Source: a virus (Duplodnaviria; Caudoviricetes). Taken from it: 54,143 nt of DNA. Each line of letters begins with the position of its first letter. Position 1 is the stretch's first letter. This document shows, piece after piece, positions 1 through 9,497 of this stretch. The notes under the pieces are model-generated. The model worked only from the letters and a program-made list of their open reading frames with translations. It searched no databases and was not told the DNA's origin. The DNA lies in IMG/VR virus record IMGVR_UViG_3300048590_000145, positions 1 to 54,143 of that record; one strand, given 5' to 3'. Both the position numbers and the translations under genes were made by a program.

Positions 1-197
1 TCAGGATCCATGAGCCAGAGCACGGTGGAACAGATCGTTGAGGATGTGGTCGCCCTCTCATGGGAGGCGGACGCTCACCTCGCCATCGTGTCCAACACCT
101 GCACGCACTGGCTGCCTGGTGAGTTCAGTGTCGAAGCTGTGCTGCAGGCTGCCGAGTATGGCGGCACGCACTACGAGACACTGGCTCCACTATTCGA
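1..197 (+). repeat. Terminal overlap copy 1 (matches 53947-54143, 6 mismatches)
   Basis: Direct comparison; mismatches at 19, 39, 159, 177, 190, 192. Confidence 0.97.
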
Positions 198-411
198 GGA
201 CACCGACTGGGGTGTCGTCGTGACCATCGCTGACTACGACAGCAGCTTCGATGCCAAGCGTGTCATCGCTGCGGAGAACGGCTCGATCGAGCAGGTTCTC
301 GATGTCAGTCTGGTTGATCAACCGACATTCCTCGCCGAGGTTGTCGGACAACTGGCCCACGAGGTGAAGCCGCTGATGATGGCGGCGTCCTACTACGGCC
401 TGCGGTACTGA
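1..411 (+). CDS. vWA-domain protein, 3' part (gene starts at 53422 and spans the window junction; ~311 aa total)
   Basis: In frame with 53422 ORF through the terminal overlap; MIDAS motif LVILDVSGSM ends at this junction. Confidence 0.85.
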   Translation, partial: SGSMSQSTVEQIVEDVVALSWEADAHLAIVSNTCTHWLPGEFSVEAVLQAAEYGGTHYETLAPLFEDTDWGVVVTIADYDSSFDAKRVIAAENGSIEQVLDVSLVDQPTFLAEVVGQLAHEVKPLMMAASYYGLRY

Positions 412-419
412 GCAACAGG

Positions 420-490
420 CTCCGCAAGGAGAGCGGGCAGGCATCTGCCGTGGCCCGCATCATCCAACACAACAATCTCCAAGGAGGAGA
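420..490 (+). promoter_or_regulatory. Structured leader of SSB gene (GCAA-tetraloop hairpin, second hairpin, A/C-rich tract, SD)
   Basis: CTCC-GCAA-GGAG 420-431; GCGGGC...GCCCGC 433-458; unstructured 459-480; AAGGAGG 481-487. Confidence 0.45.
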
Positions 491-492
491 GC

Positions 493-1167
493 ATGGCAAC
501 AAACAACCCGAAGTCCGTGACGTTCTACGGACGTCTGTCGTACCCGACGTTCACGGCTCAGGAAGCCTACGTCCGCAGCCTCAAAGGTTCCTACCCTGCG
601 GATGATGTGGCCTCAGCTGCACCTGACTTCCTGCTGCTCGTGACGGAGGCACAGTTCAAGAAGGTTCTCGACCACTGTGTCAACGTCTTCCTGCCGTACT
701 GCAAAGAGCAGCACGACAAGGGCGAGAAGCGCGATGCGCTGGAAGCCGGCGAGGTGAAGAAGCTGATCGAGTCCATCCAGGGTGACCTGGCAGATCAGGT
801 CTACAACTCGCCGTTCAAGCCGGTCAGCGACAAGACCGCGGACCTGGCACCGGATGCTGTGGCTGCGGTCAAGGTGATCGGCTCGAAGGGTGAGGACTTC
901 ATCCTGAAGGCGATCGTCAACGACGAGTCCGAACTGTCCGTGCCTGACCCGGACATCCTGCAGTTCCCGGTGATCAAGCCGCTGTCCGCCACCACGCACC
1001 AGATGTACCCGGGTGCTGTGGTTGCCGTGACCGTGAACCTGTACGCCTACCGCAACGGTAAGCTGCCAGGCTTCAGTGCGGGAGCGAATGTCGCAGTGTT
1101 CCGGTCGGATGCCGAGCGCTTCGGCGGCGGCGTCGACGTGGACACGGATGAGATCTTCCTCGACTGA
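493..1167 (+). CDS. Single-stranded DNA-binding protein (DUF2815/T7 gp2.5-like)
   Basis: GRLSYP near N-terminus, YPG and GFSAG..VF..D.ERFGGG, acidic tail DVDTDEIFLD; precedes exonuclease and polymerase; strong SD. Confidence 0.75.
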   Translation: MATNNPKSVTFYGRLSYPTFTAQEAYVRSLKGSYPADDVASAAPDFLLLVTEAQFKKVLDHCVNVFLPYCKEQHDKGEKRDALEAGEVKKLIESIQGDLADQVYNSPFKPVSDKTADLAPDAVAAVKVIGSKGEDFILKAIVNDESELSVPDPDILQFPVIKPLSATTHQMYPGAVVAVTVNLYAYRNGKLPGFSAGANVAVFRSDAERFGGGVDVDTDEIFLD

Positions 1168-1180
1168 GTGATCTCACCAT

Positions 1181-1220
1181 GAGAGGGGTAGGCAGGGTTG
1201 CACCTGTCTACCCCTTTCTC
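1181..1220 (+). terminator. Intergenic stem-loop (terminator or processing site)
   Basis: AGGGGTAGGCAGG / CCTGTCTACCCCT inverted repeat with G-U pair, followed by TTCTC. Confidence 0.6.
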
Positions 1221-1236
1221 TCGTGAAGGAGGAGCT

Positions 1237-1950
1237 ATGCCTGAAATGTTCAGTGCCAGTCGTGCCACACGCATGATGCAGTGCCACGCCAGTGCCAACT
1301 TGGAACTGGCTATCCCCGGATGGGAACCTCCGGTTGCCGATCCGGACAAGGAGAACGCAGCGAATCATGGAACGCACATCCATGAGCTGTTCGCCAAGGC
1401 GATGGAACTCAAGGCCAAGGATCTGAAAAAATTTTCCGAGGCCACGATGTACATCGCAGAACTACGTAGTCGCCGGCGTTTCCAGGTGCTCATCGAAGAG
1501 TCTGTCGATGTGAACTGGTTGCCGTCGAAACCGCACACCACTGCGGATCTCGTGCTGTATGTGCAGGATGAGATCCATGTCATCGATCTGAAGACCGGGA
1601 AGATCCCCGTGTACGCAGTCGACAACGCGCAGCTGCTGTACTACGCAGCGAGCTATGGACACCTGGCTCCCAAGGCCAAGGGTGTGCACCTCCACATCGT
1701 TCAGCCGTGGGCTGACGTGATGGAGTCCTGGTTCGCTGATGTCTCAACCATCGCTCGCTTCATGACCGATGCCATCAACACTGACAAGGCCATCACCGCA
1801 GGAAGTACACACTTCTCCCCGGGTGATGGTTGTCAGTTCTGCCCTGCCAATCCACACAGTCGTGGGCTGAAGGGCAGGCCGATGTGCCCCGCCATGATGC
1901 AGCTGCTGTACCCGCCTCTGATTGACGAGGCTGAAATCCTAGGAGGATAG
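1237..1950 (+). CDS. Cas4-like PD-(D/E)XK exonuclease (DUF2800-like)
   Basis: HGTHIHE, TADLV, IDLKTG, QLLYYA, C-terminal CQFCP..C; ATG 1237 after GGAGGAG. Confidence 0.85.
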   Translation: MPEMFSASRATRMMQCHASANLELAIPGWEPPVADPDKENAANHGTHIHELFAKAMELKAKDLKKFSEATMYIAELRSRRRFQVLIEESVDVNWLPSKPHTTADLVLYVQDEIHVIDLKTGKIPVYAVDNAQLLYYAASYGHLAPKAKGVHLHIVQPWADVMESWFADVSTIARFMTDAINTDKAITAGSTHFSPGDGCQFCPANPHSRGLKGRPMCPAMMQLLYPPLIDEAEILGG

Positions 1951-4050
1951 ATGAACTACACCAAGAAGATGATAGGTCTTGACTTCGAGACCTATGCCGC
2001 AACAGATCTGGTCGTCAACGGGTTGGACAACTACGTCAACTGCCCACACTTCCGTCCACTGGTAGCAGCAGTGGCGTACTCCGATGCCGGTGAGATCGTG
2101 ACGAAAAGCTTTGACTTCGTGGACAACTACGTACACGAGCTGATGCTGTTGAAAGAAACCTTGAACAACTGCATCATCGTGGCGCACAACGCAGGCTTCG
2201 AGCAGGCAGTGCTGGAGCGGATGGGTATTGATCTCCCATCCGAATCCTTCATTGATTCTGCTGTGCTCGCTCGTGCTGCCGGCGCTGCCGGAAAGCTCGA
2301 GGCCGCTGCTCCTCAACTGTTGGGCAGTGACAAGTTCGAGTCGGGCTCCGGTCTGATCAAACTGTTCTCCATCCCTGGCGAGTACCAAGCCAGGTCGAAC
2401 AGTATGGCGTTCAACCCGCGAGTCGTGGAGGATCACCTCGATGACTGGTCGGAGTTCATTGCCTACTGTGTGCAGGATGCTGTGCTCAGTTTCAAACTGG
2501 GGCAGTACCTCAGCTCCACGTATGGAGTAGAGGAACACCTGTTCAACGCAGTGACGATGGACATGAACAACACCGGATGGTTCGTTGACATCCCGTTGGT
2601 CGAGGAGATGCAACGCCAGTACCACGCCAACGTGGAGCAAGCAATCGAGAAGTTCCGTATCGACTGTGATGCTCCTGACCTGAACCTCGCCAGCTTCACG
2701 CAGTTACAGAAGTGGTGCGAGGACAGAGGTGTCCGGGCCAAATCGTTCGACGAGGCAGCAGTGGAGAAGCTGCTCGCCACACTGCACAAACGCATGGCGT
2801 CCAAACCCAACATGGATGAGGACACCAAGCGGGGATACCAACAGGTGATCGAGTTGCTGCTCACGAAACAAACAGTGGGTGGTAGCAGTCTGAAGAAACT
2901 GCAGACCATCCTCGATCGCACGGGTAGTGACGGACGGCTGCGGGACCAGTACCTCCACGTAGGTGCGGGTGCCACACGTCGTACGTCAGGACGTGGTGTG
3001 CAGTTGCAGAACCTGAAGCGGTTGAACGGGCAAGGCGACGATGTCGAGTTGCTGTTTGACCCGGCAGTCACCTGGCCTAACGACAGGCTGGCTGCCAACC
3101 TGCGACAGGTGTTTCGTGCCACGGATGACAATGGCCAGTTGATCGTCGGTGACTTCAGTAGCGTGGAGTCCCGCGGTCTAGCCTGGCAATCAGGTGAGCA
3201 GTGGAAGCTGGATGCTTATGCTCGCGGTCGAGATCTGTACAAGGTGCAGGCTGGGTTGATCTTCAACAAGCCTGTCGATCAGGTGTCCAAATCTGAGCGA
3301 CAGATCGGCAAGGTCGGTGAGTTGGCATGTGGCTATGGCGCAGGCCCGGATGCGGTGCGAGACTTCGCAGCGAAGATGGGTGTATCGATGACACAGCACG
3401 AGTCAGCGAAGCTGGTGCGTGACTGGCGCTCAGCCAATGATGGGATCGTGAACTACTGGCACGCGCTCAACGATGGGTTGCACACTGCTACAGGTGGTGC
3501 ATACACATCAGTGTCAATGGCATACGGAACTGTCGAGATCGAGCCTGTCATGGCACCGGAGTCGCTGCGTCAACAGACCCGCGATGTCGACCTGGTGTCC
3601 TTGCAGATCACCATGCGTACCGGATCCAAGATCCTGTTCAACCGTGTGATCCACGGTGCCCATCTCAAGGGCAGGAACGTCGGATACTGGAAGCCGAGCG
3701 AACGCAAGACCGGAGACTTGTGGGTCGACAGGTTCACCAACCCGAAGACCAAGCAGGTCCAACCGTACACCGTGTACGGAGGGAAGCTCGCGGGACTACT
3801 GACACAATCATTGTGCCGTGAGGTGTTCTTCACCTGTCTGCTCGATGTCCATGACTGGGTCGAGGATCTACCCAACGTCCAGTTGATCGGACAGTTCCAC
3901 GATGAGATCGTGCTGGACTGGGCCCCCCAGCTCAACCAGCCAGGTCTGGCTACTGTCATGGGAACACTGAACGAGTCGATGACACGTACGACTCTGCCGG
4001 ATTTCCCGCTCGCTGCGGAGATCAAGAATGATTTCCGTTACACCAAATGA
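1951..4050 (+). CDS. polA: DNA polymerase, family A, with 3'-5' exonuclease
   Basis: Exo motifs DFETY, AHNAGFE, YCVQD; polymerase motifs GDFSSVESR, RQIGKVGELACGYG, QFHDEIV. Confidence 0.95.
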   Translation: MNYTKKMIGLDFETYAATDLVVNGLDNYVNCPHFRPLVAAVAYSDAGEIVTKSFDFVDNYVHELMLLKETLNNCIIVAHNAGFEQAVLERMGIDLPSESFIDSAVLARAAGAAGKLEAAAPQLLGSDKFESGSGLIKLFSIPGEYQARSNSMAFNPRVVEDHLDDWSEFIAYCVQDAVLSFKLGQYLSSTYGVEEHLFNAVTMDMNNTGWFVDIPLVEEMQRQYHANVEQAIEKFRIDCDAPDLNLASFTQLQKWCEDRGVRAKSFDEAAVEKLLATLHKRMASKPNMDEDTKRGYQQVIELLLTKQTVGGSSLKKLQTILDRTGSDGRLRDQYLHVGAGATRRTSGRGVQLQNLKRLNGQGDDVELLFDPAVTWPNDRLAANLRQVFRATDDNGQLIVGDFSSVESRGLAWQSGEQWKLDAYARGRDLYKVQAGLIFNKPVDQVSKSERQIGKVGELACGYGAGPDAVRDFAAKMGVSMTQHESAKLVRDWRSANDGIVNYWHALNDGLHTATGGAYTSVSMAYGTVEIEPVMAPESLRQQTRDVDLVSLQITMRTGSKILFNRVIHGAHLKGRNVGYWKPSERKTGDLWVDRFTNPKTKQVQPYTVYGGKLAGLLTQSLCREVFFTCLLDVHDWVEDLPNVQLIGQFHDEIVLDWAPQLNQPGLATVMGTLNESMTRTTLPDFPLAAEIKNDFRYTK

Positions 4051-4053
4051 AAA

Positions 4054-4088
4054 GCCGAGCGCCTGGGTGCACAGTCCAGGCGCTCGGC
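4054..4088 (+). terminator. Intergenic stem-loop
   Basis: Perfect 13-bp stem GCCGAGCGCCTGG / CCAGGCGCTCGGC right after polymerase stop; no U-tract. Confidence 0.55.
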
Positions 4089-4109
4089 CTCATCCGAAAG
4101 GAGGTAGCT

Positions 4110-4601
4110 GTGTCCAATATATACACAGTGATAGGCATTGATCCAGGACTGGTGCACACCGGAGTGGTGCGCATGCAGTTCGACACCACATCAAAGACCC
4201 TTACGGTGGATTCCACAGTGATCGACGGGCCTGATGCCAAGGCTGTCTGGCATTGGATCTATATGTCAACCACATCACCCGTGGTGTTCATCGAGAAGTA
4301 CGTGCCACGCCAGAGGTACGGCACGGACGAACGCATGGTGAAAGCGGAAGCCGCCTTCACTACGCAGATCCCGCACGCCAAGGTGATACGCAACACCGGA
4401 GCCAAGCAGGTGGTCACCCAAGATCTGATGCAGGTGTTAGGAGTGTGGACATTCAACACTCCGACACATCACCAGGATCTCAGGGCAGCAGCACGCATCC
4501 TGTTGTACGGGATGATGAAGGACAAGCACCTGAATCATGTCCTTGCTGATGTCATCCATGATGAACTGGATGGGCATGGTTGGACGAAGGAGACAGCATG
4601 A
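4110..4601 (+). CDS. RuvC-like Holliday junction resolvase
   Basis: N-terminal IGIDPG..TG, VFIE, HQDLRAAA; GTG 4110 after AAGGAGG. Confidence 0.75.
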   Translation: MSNIYTVIGIDPGLVHTGVVRMQFDTTSKTLTVDSTVIDGPDAKAVWHWIYMSTTSPVVFIEKYVPRQRYGTDERMVKAEAAFTTQIPHAKVIRNTGAKQVVTQDLMQVLGVWTFNTPTHHQDLRAAARILLYGMMKDKHLNHVLADVIHDELDGHGWTKETA

Positions 4602-5806
4602 CAGCCACCACTGCACCGGAGATCCACGAGTTAGCAACACGAGCAGGGGTCACCCTGTTCGACTACCAGCAGGAGTTCTTGGACAGTGTGGTGCACAGTG
4701 CTCAGCCCTTGCGCTCGTGCTTGTTCTACAAGACGGGTGCAGGCAAGAGCCTCACTGCACTGGCAGCCATTGCTCTGCTCGGGTACGACACCTGCCTGGT
4801 GATCTGCCCTCCGTCCACTCACAGTCAGTGGGTGGCGTTGGGCGAGAAACTGGGTGTCACCGTGGATACGATGTCGCATGCGAAGTTCCGCAGAAAGACG
4901 GTCAAGGTGTCGCGCGTGATCCCGGTGATCGCTGATGAGTTCCACCTGTTCGGTGGGCAGAAGGGTCAGGGCTGGCGTAAGCTGGACAAACTGGCCCGGC
5001 ACTTGCAAGCACCTCTGATCCTGGCATCGGCGACACCGAACTACAACGATGCCGAACGGTGCTACTGCGTGCAGCATGTACTGGTGCCACACCAGACCAA
5101 GGGCGGTTACCTGCAATTCCTGTACGAGAACTGCACCACGGAGCAGAACCCGTTCGGGATGGAACCGATCGTCACCGGCTTCAAGAACTACCCGGATGCG
5201 GCAGCGTTCCTCGCGGACATCCCAGGGGTGTTCCATCTGCCGGACGACCTGGTCATCGACATCGTGGACGTGCCGTACCGAGAGCAGTTGGATCCTGATC
5301 TCGTCACCTACGGATACGACAGGCTCAACCATCGCATGATTGCGAGCCTGATGGAACGCCGGCACACGTTCCGATACCAAGGGTTGATCGATGAGCGCGG
5401 TAACCTGCGAACACCGATCCTCCAAGAACTGGTGAAGATAGTGATCGCCAGTCCATACGGACGCACGGTCATGATCTTCACCACGCATTCTTCGATCGCA
5501 CAAGTAGTGTCAGAAACCCTGGCATCTGTGTGGCTCAAGAATGTGCTGGTCACAGGTAGTACATCCAGGCTGGAAAAGAACCGCATCATCGATGAGGTTC
5601 GCGCCGGCAACCACAAGATACTGATAGGCACAGCAACCCTGGCCACAGGTACCGATGGACTGGACCGTGTCTGTGACACGCTGGTGATTCTCGACGACAC
5701 AGATGATGACGCACTGCGCCGTCAGCTGATCGGACGGATCATGCCACGAGGCGACTACGTCTCCTCGACGGCTAAGCAAATCCTGAGGTTCGTACCTACA
5801 CCCTGA
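4598..5806 (+). CDS. SF2 DNA helicase
   Basis: YKTGAGKS, ICPP, DEFH, SATP, TGTDGLD, QLIGRI; ATGA coupling to upstream gene. Confidence 0.9.
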   Translation: MTATTAPEIHELATRAGVTLFDYQQEFLDSVVHSAQPLRSCLFYKTGAGKSLTALAAIALLGYDTCLVICPPSTHSQWVALGEKLGVTVDTMSHAKFRRKTVKVSRVIPVIADEFHLFGGQKGQGWRKLDKLARHLQAPLILASATPNYNDAERCYCVQHVLVPHQTKGGYLQFLYENCTTEQNPFGMEPIVTGFKNYPDAAAFLADIPGVFHLPDDLVIDIVDVPYREQLDPDLVTYGYDRLNHRMIASLMERRHTFRYQGLIDERGNLRTPILQELVKIVIASPYGRTVMIFTTHSSIAQVVSETLASVWLKNVLVTGSTSRLEKNRIIDEVRAGNHKILIGTATLATGTDGLDRVCDTLVILDDTDDDALRRQLIGRIMPRGDYVSSTAKQILRFVPTP

Positions 5807-5855
5807 CCACACCCGGGGTGGGGAGCTGGACAGTCCAGCTTGGAAAGGAGTAGTG

Positions 5856-5978
5856 ATGCCGAGCATCCAGGAGATTGCTGAGTCAGTTCGTGAAGAGATG
5901 AATCAGCCTGACATCGCACCATTACGATTCGCCGAACTAGTGCGACGTCTCAAGTGGTGTGAGTCCCAACTGAAATAA
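5856..5978 (+). CDS. 40-aa hypothetical protein (MPSIQEIAESVREE...), not in ORF track
   Basis: GAAAGGAG SD, fills gap between helicase and SF3 helicase. Confidence 0.65.
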   Translation: MPSIQEIAESVREEMNQPDIAPLRFAELVRRLKWCESQLK

Positions 5979-5983
5979 CCGAG

Positions 5984-6014
5984 GAGGCGGCAGGGACCGA
6001 AACCCTGCCGCCTC
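5984..6014 (+). terminator. Intergenic stem-loop
   Basis: Perfect 12-bp stem GAGGCGGCAGGG / CCCTGCCGCCTC. Confidence 0.55.
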
Positions 6015-6038
6015 TGCTCTACCCGAAACGGAGATGCT

Positions 6039-7424
6039 ATGCCAGACATTCGTACCAAACGGGAGCTGAGCCAGTACGCAGTCAACTTTGCTACCAGCTT
6101 CTCACTCGTACGGTACAACCATGTGCTGTACATCCCGGCCGACTTTGAGACCGGGGAGATGGAGGTGACTCCCTTACCTGAACGCACAGTGTGGAAGCCC
6201 ATGTCTATGACCGCGGTGCAGCAATGGGCCATGCACCATTACGACACCTTGTTCGTGTCTGCCAGTGAGGAAGCCAGCTTCTTCTACATGGTGGGTCAGG
6301 CTGCACAGCAGGTGGATTTTCAAACAGACAGCCTGCTGATCCACACCACAGATGGGTTGAAAGAACTGAAAGGCGATGGCAAGTTGCACGATGCCACCGG
6401 CCAGTTCGTTCCGAACTTCCTGCCCGTCATGCTGAACGAGGATCCACAGGACAAAGCACATGTCCTCGATGTACTCAACGGATGGCTGGATGACGAGGAG
6501 GAAACCGCAGCGCTGCTGCGTCACCTCGCCACCACGCTTGCGCCTGACTGGTCAGCCGTCAAGTACGTCATGCTTCTCGGTGACGGGCGTAACGGCAAGT
6601 CCGTTCTGATGAGTATGCTGCAAGCCCTGTTCGGCTGGGAGAACTGCTCCCATGTCACCCGGCAGGACATCAGCAAGGCATCTCCTGTTGTCACCGAAGT
6701 CCTCGGCAAGTTGTTGAACGTCGTCTATGACGGTGTCGCTGAGTACCTGCGTGACTCCGGCAACGAGAAGTCTCTGATCGCAGGGGAACCCGTACCGATC
6801 AGGATGCTGTACTCGTCCACCTCCACATTGGTGCAGACCAACGCCTTGTTCATCGAAGGATTGAACAAGGAGCCGAAGTCCAGTGACAAGTCCTCAGCAC
6901 TTCAGGCTCGTATCGTACGGTTCTGGTTTCCGAACACGTACGCCGACGATCTGATGTTCAAGGACAGGATGCTGTCGAAGCCCATGTTAGGCGCCTTGCT
7001 GTCCCTGCTGATCGACAACTACGTCAAGAAGCAGGACAAGGCGGTCATGCTGGCACCCACTCGACGGTCGAAGGAACTGCAGTTGGAGCATATGCATTCC
7101 AACTCCTACGCACTGCAGTTCATTGTCCATGTGGATCACTCGGACCCGTTGGGTGCCGACAGTCTGCTTGGTATCGACTTCGCAGAACTGACCGCGCGAT
7201 TCATCTCGTGGCGTGTCAGTGAGGGCGACATTGCTTCATGGTCAGAGCCGGATGTCACAGAGTTGTTCCGGCCTTCTGTGAGGATTAGTCGTCAATCACG
7301 CCGTGTCCACGGCAAACCCCGAAAGATCAAAGTCGTCGAGGCTTTCAAGCCGGAGACAACTGCCTACCTGCAACTACTGAAAGGAGAGGATGCAGATGCA
7401 GACACAACCGTGGTGGATGACTGA
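6039..7424 (+). CDS. D5/P4-type SF3 helicase (primase-associated)
   Basis: Walker A LLGDGRNGKS, GKLLNVVYD, KSLIAGE, N..P..D.S.A..RI..FP pattern; possible C-terminal winged helix. Confidence 0.85.
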   Translation: MPDIRTKRELSQYAVNFATSFSLVRYNHVLYIPADFETGEMEVTPLPERTVWKPMSMTAVQQWAMHHYDTLFVSASEEASFFYMVGQAAQQVDFQTDSLLIHTTDGLKELKGDGKLHDATGQFVPNFLPVMLNEDPQDKAHVLDVLNGWLDDEEETAALLRHLATTLAPDWSAVKYVMLLGDGRNGKSVLMSMLQALFGWENCSHVTRQDISKASPVVTEVLGKLLNVVYDGVAEYLRDSGNEKSLIAGEPVPIRMLYSSTSTLVQTNALFIEGLNKEPKSSDKSSALQARIVRFWFPNTYADDLMFKDRMLSKPMLGALLSLLIDNYVKKQDKAVMLAPTRRSKELQLEHMHSNSYALQFIVHVDHSDPLGADSLLGIDFAELTARFISWRVSEGDIASWSEPDVTELFRPSVRISRQSRRVHGKPRKIKVVEAFKPETTAYLQLLKGEDADADTTVVDD

Positions 7425-8247
7425 TGAGTATTTCAGTGCCACACCGATACCCGCAGAGTTCGAACAGCACGCCGGACCTCACGGGATTGCTCTTGTCAAA
7501 GCCTGGCAAGACGGACGGACATCACGAGGATGGGGGCTGAAACCAACGGAGAAGTCTCCCGGATTCATGAAGTCGTACGAGTCGAACACCTTTCGATCGG
7601 ACATCGTCACCTTCGGGTACGAGTCAGGTCGGTGGAGTTTTGCCTTCGTGATGCGATCATTGCGCATGGTGTGTATCGACATCGACGGCAAGAACGGTGG
7701 CCTGGTCGAAGCCCGCAAGTTGGGCATGTTGCCTTACACACTGGCGGAGACCAGCAAGAGTGGCGATGGTTTCCACCTGTTCTACCTGACCAGTGATGAT
7801 CAGTGGGACAGTGAGACTGGCTTTGCCATGTTCAACGACCGGATCGCTTTGGAGCAGGGTGTGGACCTGCGTTCCGTTGGCTGTGTGTACCACTACAAGC
7901 AACAGCGGTGGAACACCCGTGCTCTGGCCGAACTGCCACAACATCTGAAAGACCGTCTCAATCGAGACAAGCAACGCTCGTCAGGAACCACTGACGAGAT
8001 CATCAAGATCCTGGATACAGGAGATCCTACGGAGGTAGCAATGATGCACGACACAATGATCACGGATCTGAACAAGCAGATCCCAGCCGGCCGGCGAAAC
8101 ACCACACTGTTCGCCATCGGTTCCCAGATGATGCAGGCACAGATCCCTGGCTGGCCGCGGCTCGTTCACGACCGTGCCCTGGCTCTCGGCCTGGACATCG
8201 AGGAAGCGGACAAGCTGCTGCACAACATCAAGAAGTACGGAGACTGA
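7390..8247 (+). CDS. Bifunctional primase-polymerase (Prim-Pol) with PriCT-like C-terminus
   Basis: CIDIDGKNG, TSKSGDGFHLFY, GVDLR, C-terminal GRRNTTLF. Confidence 0.85.
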   Translation: MQMQTQPWWMTDEYFSATPIPAEFEQHAGPHGIALVKAWQDGRTSRGWGLKPTEKSPGFMKSYESNTFRSDIVTFGYESGRWSFAFVMRSLRMVCIDIDGKNGGLVEARKLGMLPYTLAETSKSGDGFHLFYLTSDDQWDSETGFAMFNDRIALEQGVDLRSVGCVYHYKQQRWNTRALAELPQHLKDRLNRDKQRSSGTTDEIIKILDTGDPTEVAMMHDTMITDLNKQIPAGRRNTTLFAIGSQMMQAQIPGWPRLVHDRALALGLDIEEADKLLHNIKKYGD

Positions 8248-8248
8248 C

Positions 8249-8518
8249 ATGACTGTTCGAGATGAAGTTCTCAGCGAAGCTCAGCATCTGATCACCAACG
8301 ACCGCAACAAGGACTATGGTGATCCGAGCAACAACTTCCGGTGCATCGCTGACATGTGGTCATCGTATCTCGATCACACGATTGAACCTCATGATGTTGC
8401 TGTCATGATGGTCATCGTCAAGTTGTCACGGATTCAGACAAGTCCTGCCAAGCGTGACAGTTGGGTGGATCTGGCTGGCTATGCAGCATTGGGATGCGAA
8501 GTTGCCCCGAGTGCATGA
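8249..8518 (+). CDS. DUF6378-like phage protein
   Basis: DRNKDYGDP..NF..IA.MW, KLSR, DSWVDLAGYAA pattern. Confidence 0.75.
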   Translation: MTVRDEVLSEAQHLITNDRNKDYGDPSNNFRCIADMWSSYLDHTIEPHDVAVMMVIVKLSRIQTSPAKRDSWVDLAGYAALGCEVAPSA

Positions 8519-8520
8519 GA

Positions 8521-8559
8521 AGAAGGTGACCCTGGGAAACCGGGGTCACTTTCTTTTTT
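8521..8559 (+). terminator. Rho-independent terminator of replication operon
   Basis: AGAAGGTGACCC / GGGTCACTTTCT stem followed by T-run. Confidence 0.85.
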
Positions 8560-8616
8560 CAGCAGGGAGATATCGAGTAGACTATTTGCAATTAACTACT
8601 TTTTTGAGGGTGACTC

Positions 8617-9180
8617 ATGAGCATGCTGGATGACAATGCGACGTTTCTTTCTGAGGCGGAAGAAGAGCTGAAGAGACGTTTCAAGAAGGAAGAAGCAGAC
8701 AAGCGTCGGCTACCGTCAAACGCTGCCGACGCCCCGTCGTCCGACAGGCTCGACCAGCTCGTACTCCCCGATGAGATGCGAGCGAAGATGCCCGTCACCA
8801 AGGACAAATATCTGGTGAGGGAAAACCCTCACCTGGTTCAGTGGGAGCGCGAGGTCCGTAAGTTTCTCAGGAACCTCTCGCCCGATCACGGTCACCGGGT
8901 ATCGGCGGTGATGGTGTACGAGTGGGCCACCGGGATCCGTATCGCCGACATCATGAAGTCGCCGGACAAGGTTGTCGGCCGGCTGCAGTCGTGGCGCTCC
9001 GACCTCCGCAAGATCAACAAGGTGTTGGAGTTCTACTTCGGCAAGCCCTACATGACGTACATCTGCGGGAAGAAAGTACCGAAGGCGTACCGGGTGAAGC
9101 CCGGGTACTACATCCGCCGGCACCGCCCGTACACCTTGACGCTGTGGGCCGAGTACACCGAGGGCGTGCTGTACCCGTGA
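8617..9180 (+). CDS. Hypothetical protein (basic C-terminus, possibly DNA-binding)
   Basis: 187-aa ORF with GAGG SD and phage-like codon usage. Confidence 0.8.
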   Translation: MSMLDDNATFLSEAEEELKRRFKKEEADKRRLPSNAADAPSSDRLDQLVLPDEMRAKMPVTKDKYLVRENPHLVQWEREVRKFLRNLSPDHGHRVSAVMVYEWATGIRIADIMKSPDKVVGRLQSWRSDLRKINKVLEFYFGKPYMTYICGKKVPKAYRVKPGYYIRRHRPYTLTLWAEYTEGVLYP

Positions 9181-9497
9181 CCCATCATCCCGTTGTTGTC
9201 CTGCCGGACGGTACGCGGAGGTACTCGAACTACTCGAAGTACACACCGAAACCGTTGGAAGAACGCACGTACAAGGTTCGCAAGCCGGATCATCCACAGG
9301 CCGTACGGTTCCACGGTCAGTGGTTCATTCCGTTGGAACTGCTGTCAGACGAGTACCGCACGATGCCGGAGACACGACCGGATACCGATGCGTACGACCA
9401 CATGGTCAAGCCGCGGAAGTGCCGGTGTGTCCCGTGTCAGAGGCCTGAGGCTCGGGCCTGGCAGCAACGATGGCGGGACGACCAGCTCAAATCCTGA
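9177..9497 (+). CDS. Hypothetical protein with H..CRCxxC cluster
   Basis: GTGA-coupled start at 9177; 106 aa. Confidence 0.7.
   Translation: MTHHPVVVLPDGTRRYSNYSKYTPKPLEERTYKVRKPDHPQAVRFHGQWFIPLELLSDEYRTMPETRPDTDAYDHMVKPRKCRCVPCQRPEARAWQQRWRDDQLKS

Noticed and set aside
1237-1950. Cas4-like gene as sign of a CRISPR system; iteron clusters as CRISPR arrays
   Set aside because: No other cas genes; repeats are 8-11 bp and inverted, not repeat-spacer arrays; solo Cas4-like nucleases are common in phage replication modules
1951-4050. Intein or intron in polymerase, helicases or terminase
   Set aside because: Lengths are ordinary and motifs contiguous; no intein terminal signatures noticed
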